DNA from: Minisyncoccia bacterium
Lineage (GTDB): Bacteria > Patescibacteriota > Minisyncoccia > Moranbacterales > GCA-2747515
Length of the DNA: 64,000 nucleotides
Direction of reading: 5' to 3'
Assembly: GCA_041738235.1 (NCBI GenBank)
Contig: JBGSQF010000006.1
Span: 18,261-82,260, forward strand
The translations under genes were made by a program, and so were the position numbers. Every line of letters starts with the position of its first letter. The first letter of the stretch is position 1. Below are positions 29,425 through 40,067 of the stretch, one piece after another. Under the pieces are notes generated by a model. That model did not search any database, had not been told where the DNA came from, and saw only the letters and a program-made list of their open reading frames with translations.

Positions 29425-30579
29425 CTATTCCGCCTTCTCATTGACCAACAACACTTTCACGTCTTTCTGAACTCCGTCACGGTAAATCGTAACCTTAATC
29501 TCAACCCCTGGCTTATATTGGGATACTATACGAGAAAGAGGCATGTCCAATGTAATTGGCACGTCATTTATAGATACAATAACATCACCTTGACGAATAC
29601 CAGCAAGATATGCCGGGGAGCCAAAAAGCACAACCGTTGCTGATGTTTCAGGTATCTTGACCCACGCGCCAGAGGAAATGGGAAGGTCATACATTGTAGC
29701 AAGCTCTGGAGTAAGAGAAACATAGGAAATTCCAAAAAGGGGCCGAGTTGGTTTCCCTTCTCCCTGATTCAAGAAAGCAAGCGCATCTGTCAAAGCACGA
29801 ATAGGCAAGATGATTGTCTGAGTCCGATCATTAGTTGTAAGTTCACGAACCATTCCTAACAATTCCCCCTGATATGTGATGACTGCCGATCCGTCTTGAG
29901 CATAATCTCCTGGCTCTATCTTTCCCACTCCTTCGTACTTCTCACTTGATCCAACCGACTGATCAGCAATATTGGTCGTCTTGGCCAATTCAGCCAAGGA
30001 AGAAGTTTGCGCTATAGGAGTGCTCCCCTCCAAGGACCGACTGATAAGTAACACATTCCTTCCTACAAAAAAAGCATCCTGTGGAGCAATGGTTGGGGTA
30101 GGCGCATTCTTCCTTTCGGTACGAAAAAATGTTGTTTCCGTAAATGGGTCTGAACCAATGAGCGTTGCATCGTTCGTCTCACCATTCATAGCAAAGACCT
30201 TATAAGTTGTCACCTTCCCAAAGGAGACCTCTTTAGTTGGAACAGCCACAACACCATCATTCGTAATAAAAAATCCAGAGGCCAGCGTGCTCGTGTCAGT
30301 TCCTAAGACGTTGGAAAGGGAGACGACTGTAACAACTGCATTCTGGGAATTGACTACGAGTTTTGAAACAAAATCACTTTCAGTGACCGTAACCTGGTCC
30401 TTTCTTTCTATGATCGTGACTTGGTCAGGGACATCGTGTTCCGATATCCATCGAAAATACTCTGGGTGCGAGTTACGAAATGGTTCAAAATAAGAATGGT
30501 ATAAGAAAACAGCAACAAAAACACTTGCAAAAAAGAATATGGTCCGAAATAGCCCTTGTATACCCCTTTTTATGTACAT
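29425..30579 (-). CDS. HtrA-like protein with PDZ domain but degenerate protease active site (likely inactive paralog)
   Basis: Trypsin-fold block SGFFITNDGVVAV lacks the catalytic His (the paralog has TNKHVV). AQDGSAVI replaces GNSGGPL. The PDZ domain is intact (GIRQGDVIVSINDVPI). Confidence 0.55.
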   Translation of the reverse strand: MYIKRGIQGLFRTIFFFASVFVAVFLYHSYFEPFRNSHPEYFRWISEHDVPDQVTIIERKDQVTVTESDFVSKLVVNSQNAVVTVVSLSNVLGTDTSTLASGFFITNDGVVAVPTKEVSFGKVTTYKVFAMNGETNDATLIGSDPFTETTFFRTERKNAPTPTIAPQDAFFVGRNVLLISRSLEGSTPIAQTSSLAELAKTTNIADQSVGSSEKYEGVGKIEPGDYAQDGSAVITYQGELLGMVRELTTNDRTQTIILPIRALTDALAFLNQGEGKPTRPLFGISYVSLTPELATMYDLPISSGAWVKIPETSATVVLFGSPAYLAGIRQGDVIVSINDVPITLDMPLSRIVSQYKPGVEIKVTIYRDGVQKDVKVLLVNEKAE

Positions 30580-30591
30580 ATGAAAGATTAT

Positions 30592-31365
30592 TTATTGTGT
30601 AAGGGTCCAGGGCGTGGTCAAAAGCACCATCGAGACTAAAACGATAAGCACTGTTACATCACCCCACGCACGCGAACGCGTGAATACTCCCTCCGTATAG
30701 CTGCTCAGAACGTCCCATAGAACATAATAGAGGATAAGGAGGATCACTCCTGTTGTCAAATACCCAAATGGCCAAAACTGCGTCATCCATCCTAACTCAA
30801 CAAAGAATATACCTACGGCCACACTATACATTTTAACATGGACGTTATCTCGAGCAATACCAGAGAGGTATTGATGTGTCAAAATATATGCACCAAACCC
30901 CATAAACCCCATAAATGACCAGATCGGGACAGAGTAATTAATGAGTATCCCGATCAAAACCGAGAAAAAAAGAAACACTGAAGCAATGGTAATAGCTGAT
31001 AAAATACTTTTTGTCATCCCCACAAGAGGTCCCTCATGCCAACGACGATACCCCCACAACATCCAAAAGAGAAGACTTCCCGATATCACCGAAAATATAT
31101 GCTGTCTCACCATATCATCTATAAACAAGAGAAGGGCCCAAGAAAATATTCCAAAAAAGAACAACAGAACATTACCTCGTGAAGACCCCCGAAAAACAAG
31201 TGGCCGAATGGAGACCAAAAGCATCAACAGTGCAACAAGTGAGAATATATACCATTCGGGAAAGAATACCGAAAACTCTAGTATTGCAAGAAAAAGACCA
31301 GATAATACAATAACCAATGGATGCATACGATAGTATAACGATAACCTTCCCGAAACCTGCACCAA
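30592..31365 (-). CDS. Polytopic membrane protein (about 8 TM helices) between the two HtrA paralogs
   Basis: 257 aa, hydrophobic throughout; function unknown. Confidence 0.45.
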   Translation of the reverse strand: MVQVSGRLSLYYRMHPLVIVLSGLFLAILEFSVFFPEWYIFSLVALLMLLVSIRPLVFRGSSRGNVLLFFFGIFSWALLLFIDDMVRQHIFSVISGSLLFWMLWGYRRWHEGPLVGMTKSILSAITIASVFLFFSVLIGILINYSVPIWSFMGFMGFGAYILTHQYLSGIARDNVHVKMYSVAVGIFFVELGWMTQFWPFGYLTTGVILLILYYVLWDVLSSYTEGVFTRSRAWGDVTVLIVLVSMVLLTTPWTLTQ

Positions 31366-31370
31366 TCCTT

Positions 31371-32654
31371 CTACTGAGATCTTTGTTCAAGTCGAACCTG
31401 AATATTTTTCTCACTATCTTTGTGCCATATCTTCAATTTCAATTCATCGCCAACGTGATATTTTGAAACAATGTGCGAGACATCATTATCTTGTGTCACT
31501 TTCTCCCCATTGATCTCCAAGATAATATCATTTTCAACTATACCCACCTTATCAGCTGGGGATCCAGGGATAACAGCAAGATCAGTTCTTGCATCCCCCC
31601 GCAACACCAATGCGCCATAGTCATATTTAAGATTATTCTGGCTCTGAATATCTTTATTTAAGATAATGTATCGAACACCCAGGAATGGAACAGATATTTT
31701 TCCCGTTTCTTTTACTTGATTGATCGTGTCCTTCAGAGCGTTTATAGGAAGGGCAAACCCAACATTCTGGGCACCCTGTGCAACGGCCGTATTAATACCG
31801 ATCACTCGACCACTTATATCAAGCAATGGGCCACCGGAATTCCCAGGATTAATAGCTGCATCCGTCTGAATAATGTCATCCAACTGTTCCGACTGGCCAA
31901 ATCCCGATCCCGCAACAATATCCCGCCCAAGTCCAGATACAATCCCTCGACTGACAGAGTTACTAAACTCTCCCAAGGAGTTCCCAATCGCAATAACTGT
32001 TTGCCCCACCTCTAGCGAACCAGAATCCCCCAAGTCCAAAACTGGAAAATCTTTTCCTTCGATCTTCACGACAGCAACATCTCGCATGGGATCACGCGCC
32101 AAAACAGTCGCTGAATGTTCTGTCCCATCCTGTGTGATAACCGTATATTCTGCACTAGTATCACTTACTACGTGTTTATTTGTGACAATGGTCCCATCAG
32201 AACTCACAAAGAATCCGGTACCCCCTCCCACTTGTTGTTTTTCTGTACCTTGTGACGGGTTGGGAGAAGAGTAAGGATCAAAGAAAAAACCAAATGGATC
32301 GCCCCGATAAATTGGAACGTCTTTCTTCACGATCACGCTCACAACCGCAGGCGTGGCCTTTTTTACAACAGAGATCGTTGCGCTTTGTTCCTCCACATCA
32401 TTAGTAGCTACCGTCTGACCATTCGGGGTACTCTTCTCACTACTGTGTACACCCGCCAACCCGCCAAAGAGCTGCTCAACTCCAGAAACATTCCCCAAAC
32501 GTCCGACAATAAAAATAACGAGTGCGGTTCCCACTATCCCACCGAGTATACCCAATACGAAAGAGGTAACCTTATTTCTTTCTATTTTATCCTTTTTAAG
32601 TTCTTTGTTCTGCTCTGTTGATGATGGCTCCATTTGTATGTTATTCGTTTCCAT
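31371..32654 (-). CDS. htrA: HtrA/DegP-family serine protease with PDZ domain
   Basis: GTGFFVSSDGTIVTNKHVV (His), DVAVVKI (Asp), AINPGNSGGPLLD (Ser); C-terminal PDZ; N-terminal TM anchor. Confidence 0.8.
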   Translation of the reverse strand: METNNIQMEPSSTEQNKELKKDKIERNKVTSFVLGILGGIVGTALVIFIVGRLGNVSGVEQLFGGLAGVHSSEKSTPNGQTVATNDVEEQSATISVVKKATPAVVSVIVKKDVPIYRGDPFGFFFDPYSSPNPSQGTEKQQVGGGTGFFVSSDGTIVTNKHVVSDTSAEYTVITQDGTEHSATVLARDPMRDVAVVKIEGKDFPVLDLGDSGSLEVGQTVIAIGNSLGEFSNSVSRGIVSGLGRDIVAGSGFGQSEQLDDIIQTDAAINPGNSGGPLLDISGRVIGINTAVAQGAQNVGFALPINALKDTINQVKETGKISVPFLGVRYIILNKDIQSQNNLKYDYGALVLRGDARTDLAVIPGSPADKVGIVENDIILEINGEKVTQDNDVSHIVSKYHVGDELKLKIWHKDSEKNIQVRLEQRSQ

Positions 32655-32665
32655 ACTTAGAGATA

Positions 32666-33718
32666 TTACTTATTTGATAGAGGGTCCTCCGCTTGAATAA
32701 ATCCATTTTCTTGTTCAAAAGCGGCCATGGTTGGATTTGTAAATTCTACATACCCCGTTTCAGCATTCCACTCATATTCCGGCAATAATACCCAAACGGT
32801 CGACCCTCGAATACTATTACCGATCCAGTCGGCGAACGTTTCTTTGCGAGTCATGATCTGACTTATTCGATAGAGTATCACACCCGCTTCCTTTCGAGTC
32901 TCATTTAATTGAACAATATGGTATCCGAGCGATGTTTCAGTAATATCACTCATTTCACCAACCGAAAGTTTTTCGATCGCATCAGCAAGTGCCGGCTCAG
33001 CCTGACTGATATCGATCCAACCGATCTCACCCCCGTCCCCCACAGTGGATCCTTCAGAGTACTGCTTCGCTACATCAGGAAAAACTTCCCCAGAATTGAG
33101 ACGGCCCTGAGCCTCCTGGATCTTTTTAAGCGCCTGAACATCTTGTGATCTATCCTGACGCGCTTCAAAGATTGCGGATAACTTCTCTTTATAAAGGTCG
33201 GGCACAACCACCTCCTTTTTAAAATCAGCGAGATCCCAACCATAAAGACGGCTTAAATCATCCATCACGCGTTCCTCAGAACTGAACTCATGCATTTTTC
33301 TTTCTACACTTTGGTCCGCCTCTAAGGAGGTAACACGCACCCCTGCTTTTTCGGCCAAATACTTGACCATCTGATCCTCAATATATTTATTCAACAACCC
33401 TCGCTCTCGCACCTGCAACCTTTTTTTTCCTTCTTCAGTAGTAAAATCCACACGCATCCCAACCGAAGAGAAGTCCTGCTTCTCATAAAACTGGCGCAGT
33501 GACTGCAATTTCCATTGCAATTCCGCTGCTGTAAGAACCGAAAATGGTTTCCACGTGATCAACACGGGAAGATGAAAGGTATGTGCTGCTCCCTGTGCCC
33601 ATGAACTTGTGGCGTATCGAGCATACACAGCAACCAGAAAGGCCATCGCTACACACACTAAGATAATACTTGATCCAATAAATATTACCTTCTTAGAAAA
33701 CATTTTTTCTTTTTTCAT
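32666..33718 (-). CDS. PrsA/SurA-like peptidyl-prolyl isomerase (parvulin domain), membrane-anchored
   Basis: N-terminal TM; the parvulin block GDGGEIGWIDISQAEPALADAIEKLSVGEMSDITETSLGYHIV. Confidence 0.65.
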   Translation of the reverse strand: MKKEKMFSKKVIFIGSSIILVCVAMAFLVAVYARYATSSWAQGAAHTFHLPVLITWKPFSVLTAAELQWKLQSLRQFYEKQDFSSVGMRVDFTTEEGKKRLQVRERGLLNKYIEDQMVKYLAEKAGVRVTSLEADQSVERKMHEFSSEERVMDDLSRLYGWDLADFKKEVVVPDLYKEKLSAIFEARQDRSQDVQALKKIQEAQGRLNSGEVFPDVAKQYSEGSTVGDGGEIGWIDISQAEPALADAIEKLSVGEMSDITETSLGYHIVQLNETRKEAGVILYRISQIMTRKETFADWIGNSIRGSTVWVLLPEYEWNAETGYVEFTNPTMAAFEQENGFIQAEDPLSNK

Positions 33719-33727
33719 ACATTACTT

Positions 33728-34132
33728 TTATTTGGGGCCAAAAAAGAAACTCCACCATTTTTTCGGATTTGAGATACTACTATTTATCACTATACGAACT
33801 TCACGTTTTGGCTGAGGATCTTCCACTTGTGTTGACTCCTGTTGAAATCGGTCCGGCTGTACGACTGCTACGCTTTCCCCCGGTTTTTTAAGATTGAGTT
33901 TATCTTTCGCCTCACGCTCAACATATTCCGGAGTACGAAGATAGGCAATACGATCATTCAGTTTCTGTGTTTCTTCCTCGATCTTTTGAGCCTCTTCTTG
34001 AAGTTTTAATACGTCTTCCGAAATTTTTTCTTTCTCTCGATACTTCTCATATCCCCTCCAAGAAATGACAACTGCAATACCTAATATCACCACTGATATT
34101 AATAATATTAAAAATATGCGTGATGATTTCAT
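33728..34132 (-). CDS. FtsB/DivIC-like septum-formation initiator
   Basis: TM, then coiled coil, then the conserved YLRTPEYVEREAKDKLNLKKPGE motif. Confidence 0.6.
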   Translation of the reverse strand: MKSSRIFLILLISVVILGIAVVISWRGYEKYREKEKISEDVLKLQEEAQKIEEETQKLNDRIAYLRTPEYVEREAKDKLNLKKPGESVAVVQPDRFQQESTQVEDPQPKREVRIVINSSISNPKKWWSFFFGPK

Positions 34133-34422
34133 AAAAAAGCTAACCCAATGCCGGTAAGATCAAATACCCAACCATAGAAAAAATGACAATGGTAGAGACG
34201 ATCCACCAAAACACCTTAACTACTCTTTGTCGTTGTTTTCTGTTCATAGAAGCAAATCCTTCCTTTAATTACTTTTTATTATTATTGAGTATATCACATT
34301 GCCTGAAATGTGAAAACAACCCCCATTGACCAGCAAGCACACTCCTTACCTCTTCCCCAAAGGTATGCTACAATACCCACAAGAATTGAAAACTTTTACT
34401 CCATATCCTCATTGATAGCATT

Positions 34423-36027
34423 ATGGACAGCCTCCGAAGAAAACCTGCTCCTAGACGGCTTCCCCCTCTTCCGCAAAACAAAGCTATTTTACAAAACCAG
34501 TCCCACCAAAAAAGTTCAAGTGGAAGTTTTTCGTACTCTTTTTCCCTGCCTCCACAAAACCCGCCAATTATCCCACGGACAAAAATTCCACGGAACAAAA
34601 ACAAGTTTCCAAGCATCAAAAAGATACTCTCAACGGTCTTCCTTCTTCTGCTGTTGGCCTTGTGTATTGGAACATCCCTCATATTTTGGCGTATCCACAA
34701 AGTATCGCAGAACACTTTTACACAAAAACCGGAAAAAGGCATCATTTCCGAAACCACGCAATACCTTCTTGGAGGCTCAAAAGATGACAGAAAACCCCTA
34801 CGCGGGGAGGCAGATGGGCGCATTAATATACTTCTCCTGGGGAAAGCAGGGAAAGACTACCCAGGACAAAACCTTACCGACACAATAATAGTTGCAAGTA
34901 TTGACACAAAAGAACGAAAGACCGCCCTCCTCTCTCTTCCCCGCGATCTCTATACCCGCATTCCCAATACCAACACCTCAACAAAGCTCAACGCGTTCTA
35001 TCTTTATGGACAAAATGACAGTGACCCCTTTGGCGTAGTTCGTTCTGCTATAGAGGACATCACTGGACTCCCAATTCACTACACGGTCGCCTTAGACTAC
35101 GATGGTTTTGTAAGGATCATAGAGGCACTTGGAGGTGTCAATGTTACTGTTGAGCGAGATTTCTACGATCCAGCGTTCCCAGGTCCAAACTACTCCTATG
35201 AAACATTTGAGATCAAAAAAGGATTTCATACCCTTGATGGAGCAACAGCCCTAAAATATGTGCGCGAGCGACATAACGATCCCATGGGTGACTTCGGAAG
35301 ATCAGCCCGCCAGCAACAGGTGATCCAAGCTATCAAAAATAAGGCCTTTACTCTAGAAACCTTTCTCAACCCCTTTACCGTATATACGCTGCTTGGAACG
35401 ATCGAGGCTAATATTCGAACCGACTTTTCTCCAGAAGATATCGCGAGCATCCTTACGCTCATTCAAAATGTCGACACACAAAATGTAAGTACCTATGTTG
35501 TAGACGCCTGGAGACCGGACAGTCTACTGCGCGTATCCCATATTGCACTGGAAAATGGTCAGAACATGTTTGTGCTGATTCCTCGAACGGGGACGTATCA
35601 AGAAATACGGGAAGTTGCCTCAGGTATATTCTCACAAGATGAGCAGAGAGCTCGGGTACAAAAAATTCAAGAAGAGTCACCACATGTACTACTTATCAAT
35701 ACAACAGGTAACCCCCAACTTATCGAAAATGTTCGCGCACTCTTATCAGACCTTGGATTTGAGAACGTGACAACTGCCGAACCAGTTGACACGGCACCTC
35801 TGGCCAGAACGTATGTACGAAAAACCTCCGAAAACGCCAAGCCATACTCTCTTGATGAGGTGATGAAAAAGATCCCCGCCTCTCTCTCAGGCGAATCCCT
35901 CGATGACCTAATTCCAAAAAAGATCCCCGAAGACACAGACTTCACCGTATTACTCGGCAATGACATCATACAAAACTATCTCTGGGAAAAAGGAACCGTA
36001 GAGGACTACCTCAAAGAAAGCGAGTAA
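34423..36027 (+). CDS. LytR-CpsA-Psr (LCP) family cell-envelope phosphotransferase
   Basis: TM anchor; LLLGKAGKD..LTDTIIVASIDTKERKTALLSLPRDLY; ALDYDGFVRIIEALGGVNVTVERDF; plus a C-terminal LytR_C-like region. Confidence 0.75.
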   Translation: MDSLRRKPAPRRLPPLPQNKAILQNQSHQKSSSGSFSYSFSLPPQNPPIIPRTKIPRNKNKFPSIKKILSTVFLLLLLALCIGTSLIFWRIHKVSQNTFTQKPEKGIISETTQYLLGGSKDDRKPLRGEADGRINILLLGKAGKDYPGQNLTDTIIVASIDTKERKTALLSLPRDLYTRIPNTNTSTKLNAFYLYGQNDSDPFGVVRSAIEDITGLPIHYTVALDYDGFVRIIEALGGVNVTVERDFYDPAFPGPNYSYETFEIKKGFHTLDGATALKYVRERHNDPMGDFGRSARQQQVIQAIKNKAFTLETFLNPFTVYTLLGTIEANIRTDFSPEDIASILTLIQNVDTQNVSTYVVDAWRPDSLLRVSHIALENGQNMFVLIPRTGTYQEIREVASGIFSQDEQRARVQKIQEESPHVLLINTTGNPQLIENVRALLSDLGFENVTTAEPVDTAPLARTYVRKTSENAKPYSLDEVMKKIPASLSGESLDDLIPKKIPEDTDFTVLLGNDIIQNYLWEKGTVEDYLKESE

Positions 36028-36056
36028 ATCAAACCTCACCATAAAAGTCTATCCTT

Positions 36057-36599
36057 ATGAAACTCATTGTTGGTCTCGGAAATCCAGGAAAACAATACTA
36101 CACAACCCGCCATAACATCGGATTCCTTGTAGCAGACACTCTTCAAAAAACATTCACCTTTCCTACATTTCAGATCAAATCACGATTTCAAGCGGAGATA
36201 TCAGAAAACTTTGTTGGCTTACACCGAACACTCCTGATCAAACCTCAAACATATATGAATCTTTCCGGTGAAACCGTTTCATCGCTCCTCTCCTTCTACA
36301 AATTACCCACAAAAGATATACTTGTTGTTCACGACGATATTGACATTCCCTGGGGAACCTATAAATATACTCAGGATTCTCGCTCTGCAGGACATCGTGG
36401 CGTACAAAACATCATCGAAAAGATAGGTACACAAAAATTCCCACGACTGAGGATCGGGGTAGGTCCAAGACCTGAAAACATCCCTACCGAACAATTTGTT
36501 CTTACCCCATTAGGAACAAAAGAAGTTGGGGAACTTTCCGACATTCTGACAAAGATCGTTCAAGTGATCCCAGAATATCTGGATGCACGAATTTCTTAG
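36057..36599 (+). CDS. pth: Peptidyl-tRNA hydrolase
   Basis: MKLIVGLGNPGKQYYTTRHNIGF is the canonical Pth N-terminus. Confidence 0.85.
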   Translation: MKLIVGLGNPGKQYYTTRHNIGFLVADTLQKTFTFPTFQIKSRFQAEISENFVGLHRTLLIKPQTYMNLSGETVSSLLSFYKLPTKDILVVHDDIDIPWGTYKYTQDSRSAGHRGVQNIIEKIGTQKFPRLRIGVGPRPENIPTEQFVLTPLGTKEVGELSDILTKIVQVIPEYLDARIS

Positions 36600-36632
36600 C
36601 AAGACTTCGTCTACTCTTATCACGCACTTCCA

Positions 36633-36887
36633 CTATTTATTTTTGCTTCTTTTTTTAGGAACAAGATCAACCCCTCCAGGATTCCAGGGATGACACCGAA
36701 GCACTCGTTGTATGCCCATCCACGATCCACGCATTACACCAAATCGATCTATTGCTTCGTAAGTATACTGCGAGCAAGTAGGATAAAAACGACACAAGCG
36801 CTCTCCTAAGATACGCCCCAATATCCCATGATCTACAGAGAGCGTTTTTTGGTATACTCGAATAAATAATAAAAGAATTCTTTTCAT
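36633..36887 (-). CDS. yidD: Membrane protein insertion efficiency factor YidD
   Basis: [45 protein letters not shown] is the YidD signature. Confidence 0.8.
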   Translation of the reverse strand: MKRILLLFIRVYQKTLSVDHGILGRILGERLCRFYPTCSQYTYEAIDRFGVMRGSWMGIQRVLRCHPWNPGGVDLVPKKRSKNK

Positions 36888-37039
36888 ATAGTCTCATCTT
36901 GTAAAAATTAGAACATTCATACGATCCCCAACTTCCATCTTAGCCAAAAACGATCCACGCGACTTAATGTCTGTTTTATCTCTCTTGAATCTTATGATAT
37001 ACTATATCATAAAGATCATCCAAAAAAATAAAAAAGACT

Positions 37040-37957
37040 ATGTCAATGAAAAGCGTCTCCTTCGGGAAAGTCACATGGATCAACTTTGAACAACCCGACC
37101 AAAAAGATGTTTCTTATCTTCAAGAAAATTTTGATATCCACCCCCTGGCCGTTGAGGAATTCATGACGCCCACATTTCGTCCAAAAGCAACTCGGTATGA
37201 TAATTGTCTCTATCTAACGATCCACATCCCCCTTTTTGACCCCGTCCGTCGAACAACATACCCAGGAGAAGTAGATATCCTTATCACAAACACTCATCTC
37301 ATTACTGGACACGAGGAACACATTTTTCAGTTAGAAAACCTCTTTGCCTCACTCGAAAGAAGTATTGGCAAAAGACGCCTCCACATGAGCAAGACGCCAG
37401 CACATCTTCTCTACACACTTCTTGAGTCACTGCTTGAGTCTTGTTTCCCCCGACTTGATAATATCGTACGAAAGATCGATGAGGTGGAAGACGAGGTATT
37501 CAATGGAAATGAAAAAGAGATGCTTAAGGAGATCTCTCTCGTCAAACGCGATATCCTCAACTTCCGCAGAACGCTTATGCCACAACGATCTATTCTGGAA
37601 TCCCTTGCGCAAAAGGAAACTCCCTTCGTATCAAAAGATCTCACACCTTTCTTTCAAGATCTCGTTGGTACCAATATACGCCTCTGGAACACATTACAAA
37701 GTGCCAAAGAGACGATCGAATCCCTTGAGGACACGAATGAATCCCTCCTATCCAACAAATTAAACGAGAAAATGCGTCTCATTACCATTTTTTCTGTCAT
37801 TCTTTTGCCTTCTACACTCTATGCTAACATTCTAGGAATGAACTCTACGGAGCCACTTGATCCCGATAATGGTCCGTTCTTTTGGATGCACATTGCCATT
37901 ATTGTTATCATCGCCCTTGTCACACTCACTATTTTCAAATGGAAGAAATGGGTCTAA
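37040..37957 (+). CDS. corA: CorA-family Mg2+/Co2+ transporter
   Basis: Two C-terminal TM helices with a YANILGMNS (GMN) motif between them. Confidence 0.75.
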   Translation: MSMKSVSFGKVTWINFEQPDQKDVSYLQENFDIHPLAVEEFMTPTFRPKATRYDNCLYLTIHIPLFDPVRRTTYPGEVDILITNTHLITGHEEHIFQLENLFASLERSIGKRRLHMSKTPAHLLYTLLESLLESCFPRLDNIVRKIDEVEDEVFNGNEKEMLKEISLVKRDILNFRRTLMPQRSILESLAQKETPFVSKDLTPFFQDLVGTNIRLWNTLQSAKETIESLEDTNESLLSNKLNEKMRLITIFSVILLPSTLYANILGMNSTEPLDPDNGPFFWMHIAIIVIIALVTLTIFKWKKWV

Positions 37958-38069
37958 AGGTCTTTACAAAAGAAACGACCAATGATTCATGATCCAAAAA
38001 TACAAGACCCTTGTATACAGTGCAAAACCGCGGGGGTACTCCTCCCGCGGCCATGCTCCTTTGACATCC

Positions 38070-38366
38070 TCACCCCTCATCTGATTTGATCCATACACTC
38101 CTGTACACCGCCTTGTAGGCAAAGGCCATGAACCCCAGCAGGAGTACCCCCACAGCAAGAAGAATGATCCATTCTGAGACGACCCCAAAACAAACCGATT
38201 GAATGAGGGCGATCCCATCGAATATTAAAAGGCCTATCCTTGTGCCTTCAAAGATCACCCCCAACATCTCTCGCTCTTCCTCGAATCTCGATACCCAAGC
38301 AAAGAGACCAAAGAAGCAGAAAACGAAAAGGTTCTCAAGCAATAATACCGCCCAAAAGCCACTCAT
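38070..38366 (-). CDS. Small hydrophobic membrane protein (unknown)
   Basis: 98-aa ORF with 3 predicted TM helices; no homology recognised. Confidence 0.3.
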   Translation of the reverse strand: MSGFWAVLLLENLFVFCFFGLFAWVSRFEEEREMLGVIFEGTRIGLLIFDGIALIQSVCFGVVSEWIILLAVGVLLLGFMAFAYKAVYRSVWIKSDEG

Positions 38367-38489
38367 ACCAAACCCCCACTAGTTGAGATCATATGGATTG
38401 TCAAAGAAGACATTTGAGAGTACTCTAAAAATAAGAAAAAATCAAGGGCCCTTTACCTGATAAACACCTGGTCTACTTATTTTAACAAT

Positions 38490-39911
38490 ATGCTTACTCT
38501 TTACAATACACTCACAAAGCAAAAGGAAATATTTGAACCTATCCACCCGGGAAAAGTTTCTATTTATGCCTGTGGCCCGACCGTCTATGACTATGCGCAT
38601 ATTGGAAACTGGAAAACATATATCACCAATGACCTTCTGCGCCGACATCTAGAATACCTTGGATATGAAGTGCGCCATATCGAAAACATTACCGATGTTG
38701 GACATCTCACACGTGATGATATCTCTCAGGGTGATACCGGGGAGGACAAGATCGAGATGAAAGCCAAGAAAGAGCATAAAACTCCACAAGAGATCGCTCG
38801 TTTCTATGAAACCTACTTTAAAGATGCTCTTACGAAACTTAATATTCTCCCTGCACACTACTTCCCATGTGCCACAGAGCACATCCCCCACATGATAAAG
38901 CTTATCGAATCTTTGATCACAAACGGACATGCCTACGAATCAAATGGAAATGTGTTCTATGATATCTCAAGCTTCCCTCACTATGGGGAACTTTCCGGAA
39001 ACACTCTCGAGAGTCTTAGGATCGGTGCACGCCTCGAAGCGGAACACCCCGACAAGAAAAACCAATGGGATTTTGCACTCTGGCTCAAAGCACCAAAAGA
39101 TCACCTTATGCAATGGGATTCCCCGTGGGGAAAGGGCTATCCCGGATGGCACATCGAATGCTCTGCTATGAGTTTGGAATATCTTGGTAATACTTTCGAC
39201 ATCCATATGGGGGGTGAGGACCATATCTTCCCCCACCACGAAGCAGAAATTGCTCAATCAGAAGGTGTGACGAATATACATCCTTTCGTACATTTTTGGA
39301 TCCATACACGCCATATGATGGTGGAGGGGAAAAAGATGTCCAAATCAAGAGGAACCACCTATAGGATCGAGGATGTAGAGACGAATGGATACACCACCAT
39401 GCACTTACGTCTTGCCCTTCTTTCTGCACACTACCGATCACAGATGAATTTCACCTGGGACGCTTTGGACCAAGCCAAAAAGAACTTTGAACGTATCACA
39501 AATTGGGTAAACAACACGAGTGACGTACATGAGAATGCGCGCAAGGAAAACAGAGAGGAAATACAACGATACGAACAAAAATTCTGGGATGCTCTCAACG
39601 ATGACCTTAATACCCCGAAAGCACTTTCTGTGCTGTACGAATTGATCACGTTCACCAACACACACAAACGCTCTGTTTCCGTCGACACCTTAAATATCCT
39701 GTGGGGTCGGCTAAACAGCGTCTTAGGGCTTATCCTCCCTTCGTTCTCACACGAAACGATCCCCAAAGAAGTCACAATTCTTACCGCCGAGCGAGACGAA
39801 GCTCGAATGAACAAGGACTTTCAAAAGTCTGATGCACTTCGAGCAAAGATTGAATCCCTTGGCTACATCGTCGAAGATTCCCCAAACGGTACGACGGTAA
39901 AAAAACAATAA
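38490..39911 (+). CDS. cysS: Cysteinyl-tRNA synthetase
   Basis: HIGN motif ([15 protein letters not shown]), KMSKS motif (KKMSKSRGT), 473 aa. Confidence 0.9.
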   Translation: MLTLYNTLTKQKEIFEPIHPGKVSIYACGPTVYDYAHIGNWKTYITNDLLRRHLEYLGYEVRHIENITDVGHLTRDDISQGDTGEDKIEMKAKKEHKTPQEIARFYETYFKDALTKLNILPAHYFPCATEHIPHMIKLIESLITNGHAYESNGNVFYDISSFPHYGELSGNTLESLRIGARLEAEHPDKKNQWDFALWLKAPKDHLMQWDSPWGKGYPGWHIECSAMSLEYLGNTFDIHMGGEDHIFPHHEAEIAQSEGVTNIHPFVHFWIHTRHMMVEGKKMSKSRGTTYRIEDVETNGYTTMHLRLALLSAHYRSQMNFTWDALDQAKKNFERITNWVNNTSDVHENARKENREEIQRYEQKFWDALNDDLNTPKALSVLYELITFTNTHKRSVSVDTLNILWGRLNSVLGLILPSFSHETIPKEVTILTAERDEARMNKDFQKSDALRAKIESLGYIVEDSPNGTTVKKQ

Positions 39912-40017
39912 CCCTTCTTTTGCCCATCTGGCTATCAAAGGGGAAAACATGTGTATAAAAAGAGCTTCTTCGAAACTCTTTTTATTTTTTGTCAATATGT
40001 CTTTTTAAAATTGGTTG

Positions 40018-40026
40018 TGATATACT
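40018..40026 (+). promoter_or_regulatory. Extended -10 element (TGaTATACT) upstream of dnaB
   Basis: Sequence tgatatact lies about 40 nt upstream of the dnaB start codon. Confidence 0.3.
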
Positions 40027-40067
40027 CTTAAAACAATACACGAGTTACTTGCTACCAAATATCCCCT

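Noticed and set aside
34310-34888. 192-aa plus-strand ORF upstream of and overlapping the LCP gene
   Set aside because: It is in a different frame from the well-supported LCP ORF, is compositionally odd, and has no RBS. The LCP start at 34423 explains the region.
36960-37020. corA promoter (TTGAAT ... TATACT)
   Set aside because: The hexamers are present, but spacing of 9-12 or more than 20 nt fits no standard promoter. Left unannotated.
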